Source of the DNA: an uncultured Ignavibacteria bacterium
GTDB lineage: Bacteria; Bacteroidota; Ignavibacteria; UBA10030; UBA6906
Reading direction: 5' to 3'
NCBI GenBank assembly: GCA_963701735.1
Contig: CAVPBI010000019.1
Coordinates: 948-64,947 of the forward strand
DNA length: 64,000 nt
The position numbers and the translations under genes were made by a program. Of the stretch, positions 50,290-59,722 are shown one piece after another. The first letter of the stretch is position 1, and each line of letters starts with the position of its first letter. A model generated the notes under the pieces. It did not search any database. It was not told where the DNA came from and worked only from the letters and a program-made list of their open reading frames with translations.

Positions 50290-51714
50290 GTGAACACGAT
50301 CAGTACCGATCTCGTAGTGCTTGGCGCCGGCCCCGGAGGATACGCGGCCGCGTTCTACGCTGCAGACAAGGGGAAGAAGGTGATCCTGGTGGAGCAGGAG
50401 CCCCGCCTGGGCGGAGTCTGCCTGAACCGCGGCTGCATCCCTTCGAAGGCCCTGCTGCACGCGGCGCACCTGCTGTCTGAGGCGAAGGAGTCCGGCATCC
50501 GCGGCATTCACTTCGAAAAGCCGCGCGTCGACCTGAACACGATGCGCGCGTGGAAGAACTCCATCCTCGACAAGCTGTCCGGCGGCGTCGCCGCCACCGC
50601 ACAGCGTCGAGGCGTGACGGTCATGTACGGACGCGGGTATTTCGAGGATTCCTCGACGCTGAGGGTCGAGACGGCCGAAGGGCAGCAGTTCCTGACGTAC
50701 GACAGGGCCATCATCGCTGTCGGTTCCCGCGCCGCACTCCCCGCGGCCTTTGATCTCGGGAACCCCCGGATCATGACGTCAACGGAAGCCCTGGAGATCG
50801 AGGAGGTGCCGAAGGACTTCCTGATCGTGGGCGGCGGGTACATCGGATTCGAGCTCGGGACGGTCTATGCGACTCTCGGGAGCAATGTCGTAATCGTCGA
50901 AGCTCTTCCACAGATTCTCGCAGGGGCGGATCAGGATCTGGTGCGTCCCGTGGTTCGCAGGGCGGAAAAGGTCATGAAGGAAATCCGCACGGGGGTCAAG
51001 GTCGGGAAGATGGCGACCGCGGGGAAACAGATCAAGGTGTCGATGGAGTTGGAGGGGAAGCAGGTCGAGGAGCTGTACGACCGCGTCCTCGTGGCGGTGG
51101 GTCGGCGGCCCAACACGGAGGACCTCGGGCTCGAGAACACGAAGGTGGCGCTCGACGAGAAGGGGTTCATCACAGTGAACGACCGGCAGGAGACGGGCGA
51201 TCCGAAGCTCCTCGCGATCGGCGACGTCGCCGGCGGCGTGCTCCTCGCCCACAAGGCGTCGAAAGAGGCGCGCATCGCGGTGGATGGGATCACCGGCGAG
51301 ATGAGCTCATCGGACGACATCATCATCCCCGCGGTGGTCTTCACCGATCCGGAGATTGCGTGGTGCGGGTTGACGGAGGTCGAGGCGAAGGAGCGCGGAG
51401 TGAAGGTGGAGGTGGCGAGGTTCCCCTGGACGGCTTCGGGCCGCGCGATGACCTTCGATAGGCCGGACGGCCTGACGAAGCTGATTGTCGAGCCCGAGAC
51501 CGAGCGCATTCTTGGCGTCGGGATTGTCGGCACCGGTGCAGGAGAGCTGATTGCCGAGGGCGTGCTGGCGATCGAGATGGGTGCCACTGCGCGCGATCTC
51601 GCCGAAGCCGTGCATCCTCATCCGACGCTGTCGGAGACGATGGCCGAAGCCGCCGAGGCGTTCTACGGCTACGCGACGCACATCTACAGCGGCAAGAAGA
51701 AGCGGGAATCGTAA
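50290..51714 (+). CDS. lpd: Dihydrolipoyl dehydrogenase (E3).
   Basis: GTG start with CAGGAG upstream. DLVVLGAGPGGY is the FAD fingerprint. GGVCLNRGCIPSK is the redox disulfide. The C-terminal HPTLSE dimerisation motif is present. Confidence 0.9.
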   Translation: MNTISTDLVVLGAGPGGYAAAFYAADKGKKVILVEQEPRLGGVCLNRGCIPSKALLHAAHLLSEAKESGIRGIHFEKPRVDLNTMRAWKNSILDKLSGGVAATAQRRGVTVMYGRGYFEDSSTLRVETAEGQQFLTYDRAIIAVGSRAALPAAFDLGNPRIMTSTEALEIEEVPKDFLIVGGGYIGFELGTVYATLGSNVVIVEALPQILAGADQDLVRPVVRRAEKVMKEIRTGVKVGKMATAGKQIKVSMELEGKQVEELYDRVLVAVGRRPNTEDLGLENTKVALDEKGFITVNDRQETGDPKLLAIGDVAGGVLLAHKASKEARIAVDGITGEMSSSDDIIIPAVVFTDPEIAWCGLTEVEAKERGVKVEVARFPWTASGRAMTFDRPDGLTKLIVEPETERILGVGIVGTGAGELIAEGVLAIEMGATARDLAEAVHPHPTLSETMAEAAEAFYGYATHIYSGKKKRES

Positions 51715-51820
51715 GGCGCGGCTGGTTTCTGAGGCGACCCGCACCGAAAGCGCGCAGCTCGGTCCACTCTCGAATGCAAACGGCCCCGGATGATCCGGGG
51801 CCGTTTGTTTCCCGGGACAC

Positions 51821-52480
51821 TCATCGTCGCGCGCCAGGTGCTGTCGGGCCTGGCGCGAAGCGATCCTGCCTTACTTCGTCGCAGGCTCCGGCTTCTGCTT
51901 CAGTGCGGCTTCGATCGCCGACACCACAGTCCGCCGACATCGGCTCGTCGCCTGGCGCGAACCTGGCGATCACTTCGCCGTCGCGTCCGATCAGGTACTT
52001 CTGGAAATTCCATTTCACCGCCCCGGCGTACTTCGGGTTCGTGGCATCCGACGTGAGGAACCGGTAGAGCGGGTGCTGGTCGTCGCCCTTCACCGAAATC
52101 TTCGAGAACATCGGGAATGTCACGCCGTACTTCGTGGAGCAGAACTCCTTGATATCGGCGTTGGTCCCCGGCTCCTGCCCCATGAAGTTGTTGGCGGGGA
52201 AGCCGAGGACCTCAAGGCCGCGGTCGCGGTAGGTCTCGTAGAGCTTCTCGAGACCCTCGTACTGCTTGGTATTGCCGCAACGGGAGGCGACATTGACGAT
52301 CAGCAGGACCTTCCCTTTGAAGGAGGAGAGGGCCACGTCTTTGTCATCAATCGACTTCATCGTGAAGTCGAGGACGCTGCGCTCGGTCATCGGTTCTGCG
52401 GCTGTGGCTGCTTTGCCGCCAAAAAGGGACGAGAAATTGAAGATGGAAAGAAACATGGCAACTGAGATGATTGTGATCAC
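51821..52480 (-). CDS. gpx: Glutathione peroxidase (Cys-type). A C-terminal frameshift near 51924-51932 means the real stop is probably at 51871.
   Basis: GTG at 52480 with AGGAG upstream. The active site is LIVNVASRCG, and FPANNFMGQEPG and KWNFQKYLI are present. After ...DEPMSAD another frame reads VVSAIEAALKQKPEPATK*, a normal GPx C terminus. Confidence 0.8.
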   Translation of the reverse strand: MITIISVAMFLSIFNFSSLFGGKAATAAEPMTERSVLDFTMKSIDDKDVALSSFKGKVLLIVNVASRCGNTKQYEGLEKLYETYRDRGLEVLGFPANNFMGQEPGTNADIKEFCSTKYGVTFPMFSKISVKGDDQHPLYRFLTSDATNPKYAGAVKWNFQKYLIGRDGEVIARFAPGDEPMSADCGVGDRSRTEAEAGACDEVRQDRFAPGPTAPGARR

Positions 52481-52786
52481 GGGTGATGCTCCTATGGGTC
52501 GCAGGTAACGATACTAAAACACTGCCGGACATGCGAGAGTTCCGTATTCAGGCTGCTGGCGGGGTTGGGAAAGTTGGACATCGTGTGAATCGGCCCTATA
52601 TTCCATTGTTTTCCGGTTGCGGTCCTGCCTGTCTGATCCCGGGGTCAGTCGATAGGGAACGGCTATGAGCTGGCTTGTTGCACTCAGCACGTCACGGGGG
52701 GCGGAGGCACCACCTCTCCGCGCGACTCCCCTGCACACCATAGCGCAACCGGGTCTGACGGTGGCAGTCGGAGGGAATCCGGACAC

Positions 52787-54387
52787 ATGCGTCTTTCCAC
52801 TCCGATGCGCGGCTCATCGAGCGGCTGGGCTGTCGTGGGGACCGGGATCCTTCTGAGCGGGTCGCGGGCCACGATGATGACGCACGCCGACTGGGCGAAC
52901 GTGCTGGGCCGGCCAGATTTCGATCCGCGGACACTCGATGGACATTTCGCGGCAATGCGGTGGAAGGGCGAGACGATCGAGGTTTTCACCGATCAACTGG
53001 GTCTCCGCACGCTATACTGGGGTGAGAGCGGAGGCGGGATGTTCGTCTCGACGCGGCTGGACTGGGTGACCGCGGCCACCGGGCATGACGATCTTGATTT
53101 CCATGCGCTTGGAAGCCGCTGGCTGTTGTTCAATCAGATGTCATACGCGTCCAGCGTCAAGCAGATCGGACGCCTCGGGCCGGGTGGGCGCGCGCAGTTC
53201 AGATCAGGATCATTGATAGACTCTCTCCGTGACGCCCTGGCTCCCGCAGTCCGAACCGGCCTCCCCCAGGGTGGCGCTTGACCTGGCCGGGGCTTTCGTT
53301 GGCTGTGCCCTTGACCATCCAGCTGACTCCCGCGCTTGCGCTCTCCGGCGGGCTCGATTCGCGGCTGCTGCTTGCCTTCCTTGTCGGGTCCGGGAAGGCC
53401 AATTTCACGACGTACTCGATTGGGGACCCGGCCGACCCGGATGTGCGTGTTGCGGGCGAGATGACATCGCAACTCAATCTCCGGCATGACCATTACTACG
53501 ACCCTCTCCCTGACCCGCACACCTGTCTGGAGCACGTGCGGTCATACGTCGCACAGGTCCACCTCGTCGAACCCGCAAGCACATGGTCGAAGTTGCGCTA
53601 TTACCCCATCCTTCGCGAGCGGGGACAACTCGTGATTGACGGCGGCTATGGGGAGTTCGGCCGGCGCCAGTTCTTCAATCGCGTGGTCCGGCTCGGGAGA
53701 GCTGCGGTGCGAGCGCGGGACGGGAAGGGGTTGATCCACCTGGTGCGGCATTCTCGTGCTGACATCTTCGTCCCGGAGGTAACGCGGTCGCTTGAACAGG
53801 GCGCACTGGCGGTATTTCAAGAGGCGCTGGACAGCATGCCGGCGCATAGACTTGATGCGGGAGATTTTGTGGATCTGTTCGCCGTCCGTTTTCGGATTTC
53901 CAACTCCGGCGGTCCCGAGCAGGCACGGCAGGACTCTGAGGTTCTCAACTTCATGCCGCTGGTGCAGCCATCGTATCTTCGAGCCGTGCTTGCAGTGCCC
54001 GCGCGTTTCAGGGCGAACGGCCGGGCGTACTATGATCGTATCCGCATGATGGACTCCCGCCTGATGCGATTTCCAAGGGTCAAAGGCGGCGACACGATCC
54101 CCTTTGGCCTGTCCACCAACCTTTCCTGGCTCATAGCCAAGGCGAGGGGTCTGGCTGGAAAGGGATATGTGGATCCGCGGCCGGACGAGCTCCTGACGCG
54201 GCTCAGGGAATACGTGCTGGACCTTGTCCATTCGGTTGCTGTTTCTGGCAGCGGAATCTACGACAACCAGAAGGTCATCGCTGCGGTCGACCGATACTAC
54301 CGCGGAGACGGCCTTGGCCGGTCAACCGTCGATTGGTGGTTGACATTTGAGCTGTGGAAGCAGGCTCTGAGCAGTCCACCGGGTTAG
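52787..54387 (+). CDS. Asparagine synthetase (AsnB)-family protein that lacks the N-terminal Cys nucleophile. It is split between two frames (52787..53281 and 53278..54387), and a further frame change near 52780 is possible.
   Basis: The N-domain is AsnB-like (FTDQLGLRTLYWGESGGGMFVSTRLDW). The PP-loop is LSGGLDSRLLLAFL. There is no MCG start. An upstream ORF at 52665 begins MSWLVAL, with Ser where the nucleophile Cys would be. Confidence 0.6.
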
Positions 54388-54486
54388 GGCGGCAACCCCG
54401 GCGGCGCCCGCACGTATCAGTGGTCGAGCACGAACGCTATGCGCCCAGGTAGGGCGGGAGTCCTCACTCACGCAGGGAGCAGACTC

Positions 54487-54654
54487 ATGCGCAATCTACA
54501 GGTAGCAGTATTCATCGTTGGGGTCCTCTCGTTTCTCGCGTCGGCCTTGTTTGTCGGGCAGGGGATGGGCGATACACTCTGGCGGGCAGGGGTCGCAGCG
54601 ATGCTGACCGACCTGGCCTGGACGGCTGTCTGGCCGGCGACGGGCCGTGGTTAG
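54487..54654 (+). CDS. Small two-TM membrane protein (hypothetical).
   Basis: AGGGAG lies upstream of the ATG at 54487. It has two hydrophobic helices. Support is weak. Confidence 0.3.
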   Translation: MRNLQVAVFIVGVLSFLASALFVGQGMGDTLWRAGVAAMLTDLAWTAVWPATGRG

Positions 54655-54712
54655 GGATGTGCCCCGCCCCCCCGGCCTGGCTGGTGTCATGCGACGCCCG
54701 AAGGGCTGCCCC

Positions 54713-54734
54713 ACGTGCGTCACCTAGGTGACGC
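54713..54734 (+). promoter_or_regulatory. Perfect 22-bp palindrome GTGCGTCACCTAGGTGACGCAC abutting a TTGACT-16-TAGCTT promoter-like element. It is a candidate operator upstream of the TraR/DksA-family gene.
   Basis: Exact reverse-complement symmetry. TTGACT at 54735-54740 follows immediately. Confidence 0.5.
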
Positions 54735-54858
54735 ACTTGACTTTTGCCGTTCGATTCGTAGCTTACCGTTGAAGGACGGTTCCGGTGAACCTGTCCGCCT
54801 TCGCGAGAACCGGTCGCTGTGAATTCATGGAGACGGGGTAATCCCCCGGGAGCGGGAG

Positions 54859-55215
54859 ATGGTGACACGGCAACAGCGACAGATACGACGTGCGGTTCTT
54901 TCGCGTTTGCACACGCACCTGCGGGACGTGTACAACTACGAGGGGGCGAGAGAAACGTTCATTGACGGCACGGTGAGCCTGGGAGAGCTCGAGACCATCC
55001 TTGCGTTCAAGAGCGATCCCATACTCGACGAGTTGCTCTGTGTCCTGGAACGCATGGCGACCGGCACCTTCGGCCAGTGCATCGGCTGCAAGCGTTCGAT
55101 CGCCAGTATTCTTCTGCTCCAGGATCCGGCTCGACGTCTGTGCGAGTTGTGCGAAGAGCACGTGAGTCATCACGCGTTCATCGAAGCCAGTCAACAGCCG
55201 CACGTCATCCTCTGA
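54859..55215 (+). CDS. TraR/DksA-family C4-type zinc-finger protein.
   Basis: GQCIGCKRSIASILLLQDPARRLCELCEE carries CxxC...CxxC. Length is about 118 aa. Confidence 0.65.
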   Translation: MVTRQQRQIRRAVLSRLHTHLRDVYNYEGARETFIDGTVSLGELETILAFKSDPILDELLCVLERMATGTFGQCIGCKRSIASILLLQDPARRLCELCEEHVSHHAFIEASQQPHVIL

Positions 55216-55306
55216 GAGGCGCTTCGGGGAAGCCTGCTCGAGGCCGGCCGCGTTCACGCTGTGAGCGGCAGCGGATGTGTACGCACTCCTTCCTTTCATC
55301 CATCCC

Positions 55307-56224
55307 ATGAAACGTGATCTTCTTTCCTTCGCGCTCTGGAGCGGCGAAGACCTCAAGCAAGTTCTCAACCTGACCGCCAGGCTGCGGGACCGGTCCGACG
55401 GAGTGTTCCGGCCGCTGGCCAACCGTGGTGTCGGCCTTGTGTTCGAGCGCGAATCGCTCCGAACGCGCGTGTCGTTTGAGGTCGGCGTTGTCCAGCTCGG
55501 CGGACATCCGGTCTTCCTTCAGCAGGAGACGATCGGCATCGCGACGCGGGAATCGGTCCATGACATCGGGCTGGTGCTCTCCGAATACGCCGCGCTCATC
55601 GTCGCGCGCACGACCCGGCACCAGACCTGTGCGCAGCTGGCAGAGAGCTCGACCGTTCCGCTCATCAACGCGATGACCGACCTGTTGCATCCGTGTCAGA
55701 TTCTGACGGACGCGTTCACGCTGCAGGAGGTGAACCTGCTCTCCCCGAAGACCCGGATCGTCTATATTGGCCACGGCAACAACATCGCCAACTCATGGCT
55801 GGAGCTTGCCGAGAAGATCCCTCTTCACCTTGTCCTGTGCTGTCCCGACGGGTATGAGCCGCACGCGCAGATTCTGGAGCAGAGTCGTGCGGCAGGGGTG
55901 AGTACCATTGAGTTCATCGATCAACCGACCGCTGCCGTCAAGAACGCCGACGTCGTCTACACCGATGTGTGGCCTGACATGCATGGCGGTGCGGACGCGG
56001 GGAAACGCATTCTCCAGTTCAAGCCGTACCAGGTGAACCGCCAGCTCCTGCAGCACGCGAAGCCGTCGTGCGTTGTCATGCACCGGCTTCCCGCAAACCG
56101 GGGCGAGGAAATCACAAGCGACGTGCTGGACGGCAAGAACTCACTCGCCCTGCGCCAGGCCGCAAACCGCATGCACCTCCAGAAAGCGGTGATGGCAACG
56201 CTTCTCGGCGCAAGCCCGGAGTGA
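55307..56224 (+). CDS. Ornithine/aspartate carbamoyltransferase-family protein, closest in motifs to OTCase. Specificity is unknown.
   Basis: FERESLRTRVSFE (STRTR carbamoyl-phosphate motif), HPCQILTD (HPxQ) and MHRLPANRGEE (HxLP) are present. The OTC-like GHGNNIANS is also present. Confidence 0.75.
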   Translation: MKRDLLSFALWSGEDLKQVLNLTARLRDRSDGVFRPLANRGVGLVFERESLRTRVSFEVGVVQLGGHPVFLQQETIGIATRESVHDIGLVLSEYAALIVARTTRHQTCAQLAESSTVPLINAMTDLLHPCQILTDAFTLQEVNLLSPKTRIVYIGHGNNIANSWLELAEKIPLHLVLCCPDGYEPHAQILEQSRAAGVSTIEFIDQPTAAVKNADVVYTDVWPDMHGGADAGKRILQFKPYQVNRQLLQHAKPSCVVMHRLPANRGEEITSDVLDGKNSLALRQAANRMHLQKAVMATLLGASPE

Positions 56225-56417
56225 CGGTGCCCGGTCTCCCTGCGGACTGACGCTGCTGTCAGGCGTCCACTTCTATTGCTCCACTGCCTACTTCAGTGCA
56301 CACCCGTGTGCCCCTTCCCGCCAGGAATCCACGCATGTGGGCCGTATTTGACCCCCCACCCCTGGCACATGGATTGAGCTCCTCCCTGGCGAGAGTGACA
56401 TCGGAGGGAGGATCGCC

Positions 56418-57545
56418 ATGAAACGGACACTGATCGTCGCAGCCGCGTTCTTCGTCTGCATCGCGCTCACCACCGCCCCGGCTTCATCGCAGGTGAGCGT
56501 CAGCATATCGTTCGGGGATTTCTACAGCTCGCTCAGCCCGTACGGCGACTGGGTATATGTCGACTACGGCGTGTATGCCTGGCGTCCGGGGAGGAGCGTG
56601 CAGGGGTGGATGCCATACGCGTATGGCCGGTGGGTGTGGTCGGCGTATGGCTGGTACTGGGTGTCCGAGGAGCCCTGGTCGTGGGCCGTGTATCACTACG
56701 GCCGCTGGTACTATGACGACTGGTACGGATGGATCTGGGTCCCGGGCTATGACTGGGCACCTGCATGGGTGGAGTGGCGGTACGGGCCCGACTATGTGGG
56801 CTGGGCGCCGCTCGGTCCCTACGCGCTGTTCAGCGCGCAGCGTGGCCTCTATTATTCACAGGCGTACCGTGCGCCCTACGAGCACTGGACGTTCGTTGCG
56901 CACGGATCGATGACCCGTCCTGACGTCTACAGGTATCGCTACGGTGGGGACGACATCCGGCGTGTCTACGGGGCGAGCCGGTACACCGGCTCTGTGCGGT
57001 ATCGCGACGGCGTCGTGGAATCGCGCGGCCCGGACCGGGAATATGTCGAACGTCGCGGGCGCGTCAGCATCGGCACCGCGGACGTCGTGGATGTGCATGA
57101 CTACTCCAGAGTGAGAGCCACGCGGCAGGGCGACCGTGAACGGATCGAAGCGTACCGCCCGCACGTCACCCGCGAAGTGGCCGAACGGTCCATGCGCCCC
57201 GACCGGGTCACGCGCAGCGAGCGCACGCCGTCCATCGACAGCAGATACCTCGACCAGCGGCAGCGGAACATCCGTCAGAGTCCCGAGCCCACCGCGCCGC
57301 CGGAGGATCGGCAGCAGTCTGTGCCACAGGTGACCCCCAGGGAGCGTGAGCGCTCGGTCCCGGATGTGCGTCCGCAGGATCGTGAGCAGCGCAGCCGGCA
57401 GCAGGTCCAGCCATCGGCGGCCCGTCAGGACCAGCAGCGGGAGTCGCAGTCCGTCGTGAAGGAGACTCCGAAGCAGCCTCGCGCCCGGCCCGAGGCTCCG
57501 AAGGACGCCCAGCGTCCAGAGCCGAAGCCGCGCGACAGAGACTGA
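56418..57545 (+). CDS. Secreted protein that is extremely rich in Trp and Tyr, with an Arg/Gln/Glu/Pro-rich low-complexity tail. Function is unknown.
   Basis: Signal peptide MKRTLIVAAAFFVCIALTTAPASS|Q. The core reads WVWSAYGWYWVSEEPWSWAVYHYGRWYYDDWYGWIWVPGYDWAPAWVEWRYGPDYVGW. The tail is RQ-rich and runs about 150 aa. Confidence 0.6.
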   Translation: MKRTLIVAAAFFVCIALTTAPASSQVSVSISFGDFYSSLSPYGDWVYVDYGVYAWRPGRSVQGWMPYAYGRWVWSAYGWYWVSEEPWSWAVYHYGRWYYDDWYGWIWVPGYDWAPAWVEWRYGPDYVGWAPLGPYALFSAQRGLYYSQAYRAPYEHWTFVAHGSMTRPDVYRYRYGGDDIRRVYGASRYTGSVRYRDGVVESRGPDREYVERRGRVSIGTADVVDVHDYSRVRATRQGDRERIEAYRPHVTREVAERSMRPDRVTRSERTPSIDSRYLDQRQRNIRQSPEPTAPPEDRQQSVPQVTPRERERSVPDVRPQDREQRSRQQVQPSAARQDQQRESQSVVKETPKQPRARPEAPKDAQRPEPKPRDRD

Positions 57546-57775
57546 ACGTGGAGCGCCCAGGTCGCCTAAACGCTCCGGGCCCTGATGACAGGGCCCGGAG
57601 CGTTTTCATCCGTGGGGCTGGCTCTTCCACCTGTATCGAATCTGAAGCAATCCGCTCTCGTACCGCGCGGCATCGATGGTGTCGAACCCAGCGTTCTGAG
57701 GAGTGCGTCAGGAAGAGGGGCACCCCCTCGCCCAGAATGACCGGGTGGATCGAGAGAACGATATCGTCCACACGT

Positions 57776-58963
57776 CTACTCCTCCGGTATGAACCGGATG
57801 CACACGGGGGAAGGTATCGAAGCGTTGTCCCGGGCTGGCGCAAGCGTGCCATCGTTTTGGTTGATGCGCATGACGACAATGGAGTTGGAACGCTGGTTCG
57901 CTGCCAGCAGAAATTGGCCCGTGGGGTCGATCGCGAAATTGCGGGGTGATTTTCCAAGCGTGGATTGGTGCTGGACCGTCTTGATCTTCCCGCTGGACCT
58001 CTCGACGGCGAACGCGGCAATGCTGTCGTGGCCCCGATTGGAGGCGTACACGAACCGGCCGGAAGGGTGGGCATGGATATCGGCGCAGGTGTTCTCCCCC
58101 TTGAACGAGGATGGAAGCGCCGACACTGTGTGGACTTCAGCGAGTGAGCCCGTTGCATTGTTGTACGAGAGGACCGTCACGGTGGAGTTGAGCTCGTTTA
58201 TGACATAGAGCATGTTTGCGTCCGGGGAGAAGTCCAGATGCCTTGGCCCCGCGCCTGGTGCCATGACCACTTCTGGCTGCTCGGCGGGCGCCAGGCCGCC
58301 CGAGTCGGGATCGAAGGTGTAGACCATGACGCGATCGATACCCAGATCGGCCGAGAACGCTCGGCGATTGGCGTGGTCAAGAACGACTGAGTGCGCATGC
58401 GGCCGTTCCTGCCGCTTCGGGTTCAGTCCCTTGCCCACATGCTGTACGTTTGCGACCAGACGGTCAAGGTGTCCGTCTTCCCGCACAGGGAATGCGCAGA
58501 CATTTCCGCCGGTGTAGTTCGCCACAAGCACGAACCGCCCGAGCTTGTCGATTGACAGATGCGCGGGGTCCGCACCATGGGAGGGCTGGACGTTGAGGTG
58601 CCTGAGCCTCCCGGAATCGCGGTCGACCGCGAAGGCGTGGACGGAGCCGCCGGGCTTTCCCTCGAATTCGGATGTTTCGCTTACCGCAAAGAGGTAGCGT
58701 CCGCGTGGGTCAGCCGCAAGGAACGATGGGTTCGTTATGTCGCCTGTCGCGCCCAGGACCTTGATGCTGCCACGTGCCGGGTCGAACGAACAATGATAGA
58801 TCCCCTTGCTTTCTCCGCCCGTGTAGGTCCCCACATAGAATCGCATCGGCGTGTTGACACCGGGGGGGAAGGAACGAAGGGATAGTCTGGAGGGCCACAA
58901 GGTGACGCCGGCCAACCCACCCGCAAGAGCGAGGAACCGGCGACGATTCACGGTCTTCGTCAT
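57776..58963 (-). CDS. Lactonase of the 7-bladed beta-propeller family (6-phosphogluconolactonase-like), Tat-secreted.
   Basis: Tat motif NRRRFLALAGGLAG. FYVGTYT...IYHCSFD is the family N-terminus. The start is at 58963. Confidence 0.75.
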   Translation of the reverse strand: MTKTVNRRRFLALAGGLAGVTLWPSRLSLRSFPPGVNTPMRFYVGTYTGGESKGIYHCSFDPARGSIKVLGATGDITNPSFLAADPRGRYLFAVSETSEFEGKPGGSVHAFAVDRDSGRLRHLNVQPSHGADPAHLSIDKLGRFVLVANYTGGNVCAFPVREDGHLDRLVANVQHVGKGLNPKRQERPHAHSVVLDHANRRAFSADLGIDRVMVYTFDPDSGGLAPAEQPEVVMAPGAGPRHLDFSPDANMLYVINELNSTVTVLSYNNATGSLAEVHTVSALPSSFKGENTCADIHAHPSGRFVYASNRGHDSIAAFAVERSSGKIKTVQHQSTLGKSPRNFAIDPTGQFLLAANQRSNSIVVMRINQNDGTLAPARDNASIPSPVCIRFIPEE

Positions 58964-59065
58964 GGCGCGCGCCTGAACTTCTCGTTGAGCTGTCGGCTGA
59001 CCCTTGCAGTGCAACAGCCAATCTACGCCCGCCTCGCTTGAGAAGCAACGCAGGATGTCTGGGGC

Positions 59066-59521
59066 TCACCGCTGGACGATAACCTGCTCGAGAATGAGCC
59101 ACTGGCTTGTGCGGCCGGGCCCGATGGTCCACTGGATAGGGTTGGGGGAGCGTGCCTTGTCGACATACTGCATGACGCTGACCCGGACGCTCTTGCCCGA
59201 CAACTCATAGCGTGCGCCCGAGTAGCTTGCCTTGAAGCCCTGTGCGCGGAATTTGGGCATCGCATCGCGAATCATTTTCTTGTATTGCCAGCCCTGAGCC
59301 GTGACCCACTGTGACTCACCATTCGGCCCGCTCTGATTGGCCTTGATGATGGCTTCGTCCGCATACAGGTCTGCGAGACGAGGATCGTAGGCGCGTTCGA
59401 GGTTCACATAGGATTCGATGACCTGTCGGGCCCGCTCAAGGCTGGCGTCTGGTCGTTCCTGGGAATGAGCGGCCGCAGCAAGTGCTACCGTAAGCAACAG
59501 CGTTCCGAACCGTCTGGTCAT
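59066..59521 (-). CDS. Secreted hypothetical protein (NTF2/SnoaL-like fold suspected).
   Basis: Signal peptide MTRRFGTLLLTVALAAAAHS|QE. No catalytic motif was recognised. Confidence 0.45.
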   Translation of the reverse strand: MTRRFGTLLLTVALAAAAHSQERPDASLERARQVIESYVNLERAYDPRLADLYADEAIIKANQSGPNGESQWVTAQGWQYKKMIRDAMPKFRAQGFKASYSGARYELSGKSVRVSVMQYVDKARSPNPIQWTIGPGRTSQWLILEQVIVQR

Positions 59522-59722
59522 AGATTCCGTGTGTTTGTGGGTTCCGCCAAAATACCTGCAGAATTCGGGCCAGATAGGGACTCGGGAAAATGGGGGGAAA
59601 TGGAGGGAATGACGGGAACAGGAGAGGAAGAATGGAGGAATACGGGATGGGGAAGCAGGAAAGGGTATGCGTCGCGCCGGTGGTTCAAGGCGCACGCGCA
59701 ACAGCCATTCACGCCGGGCGAC

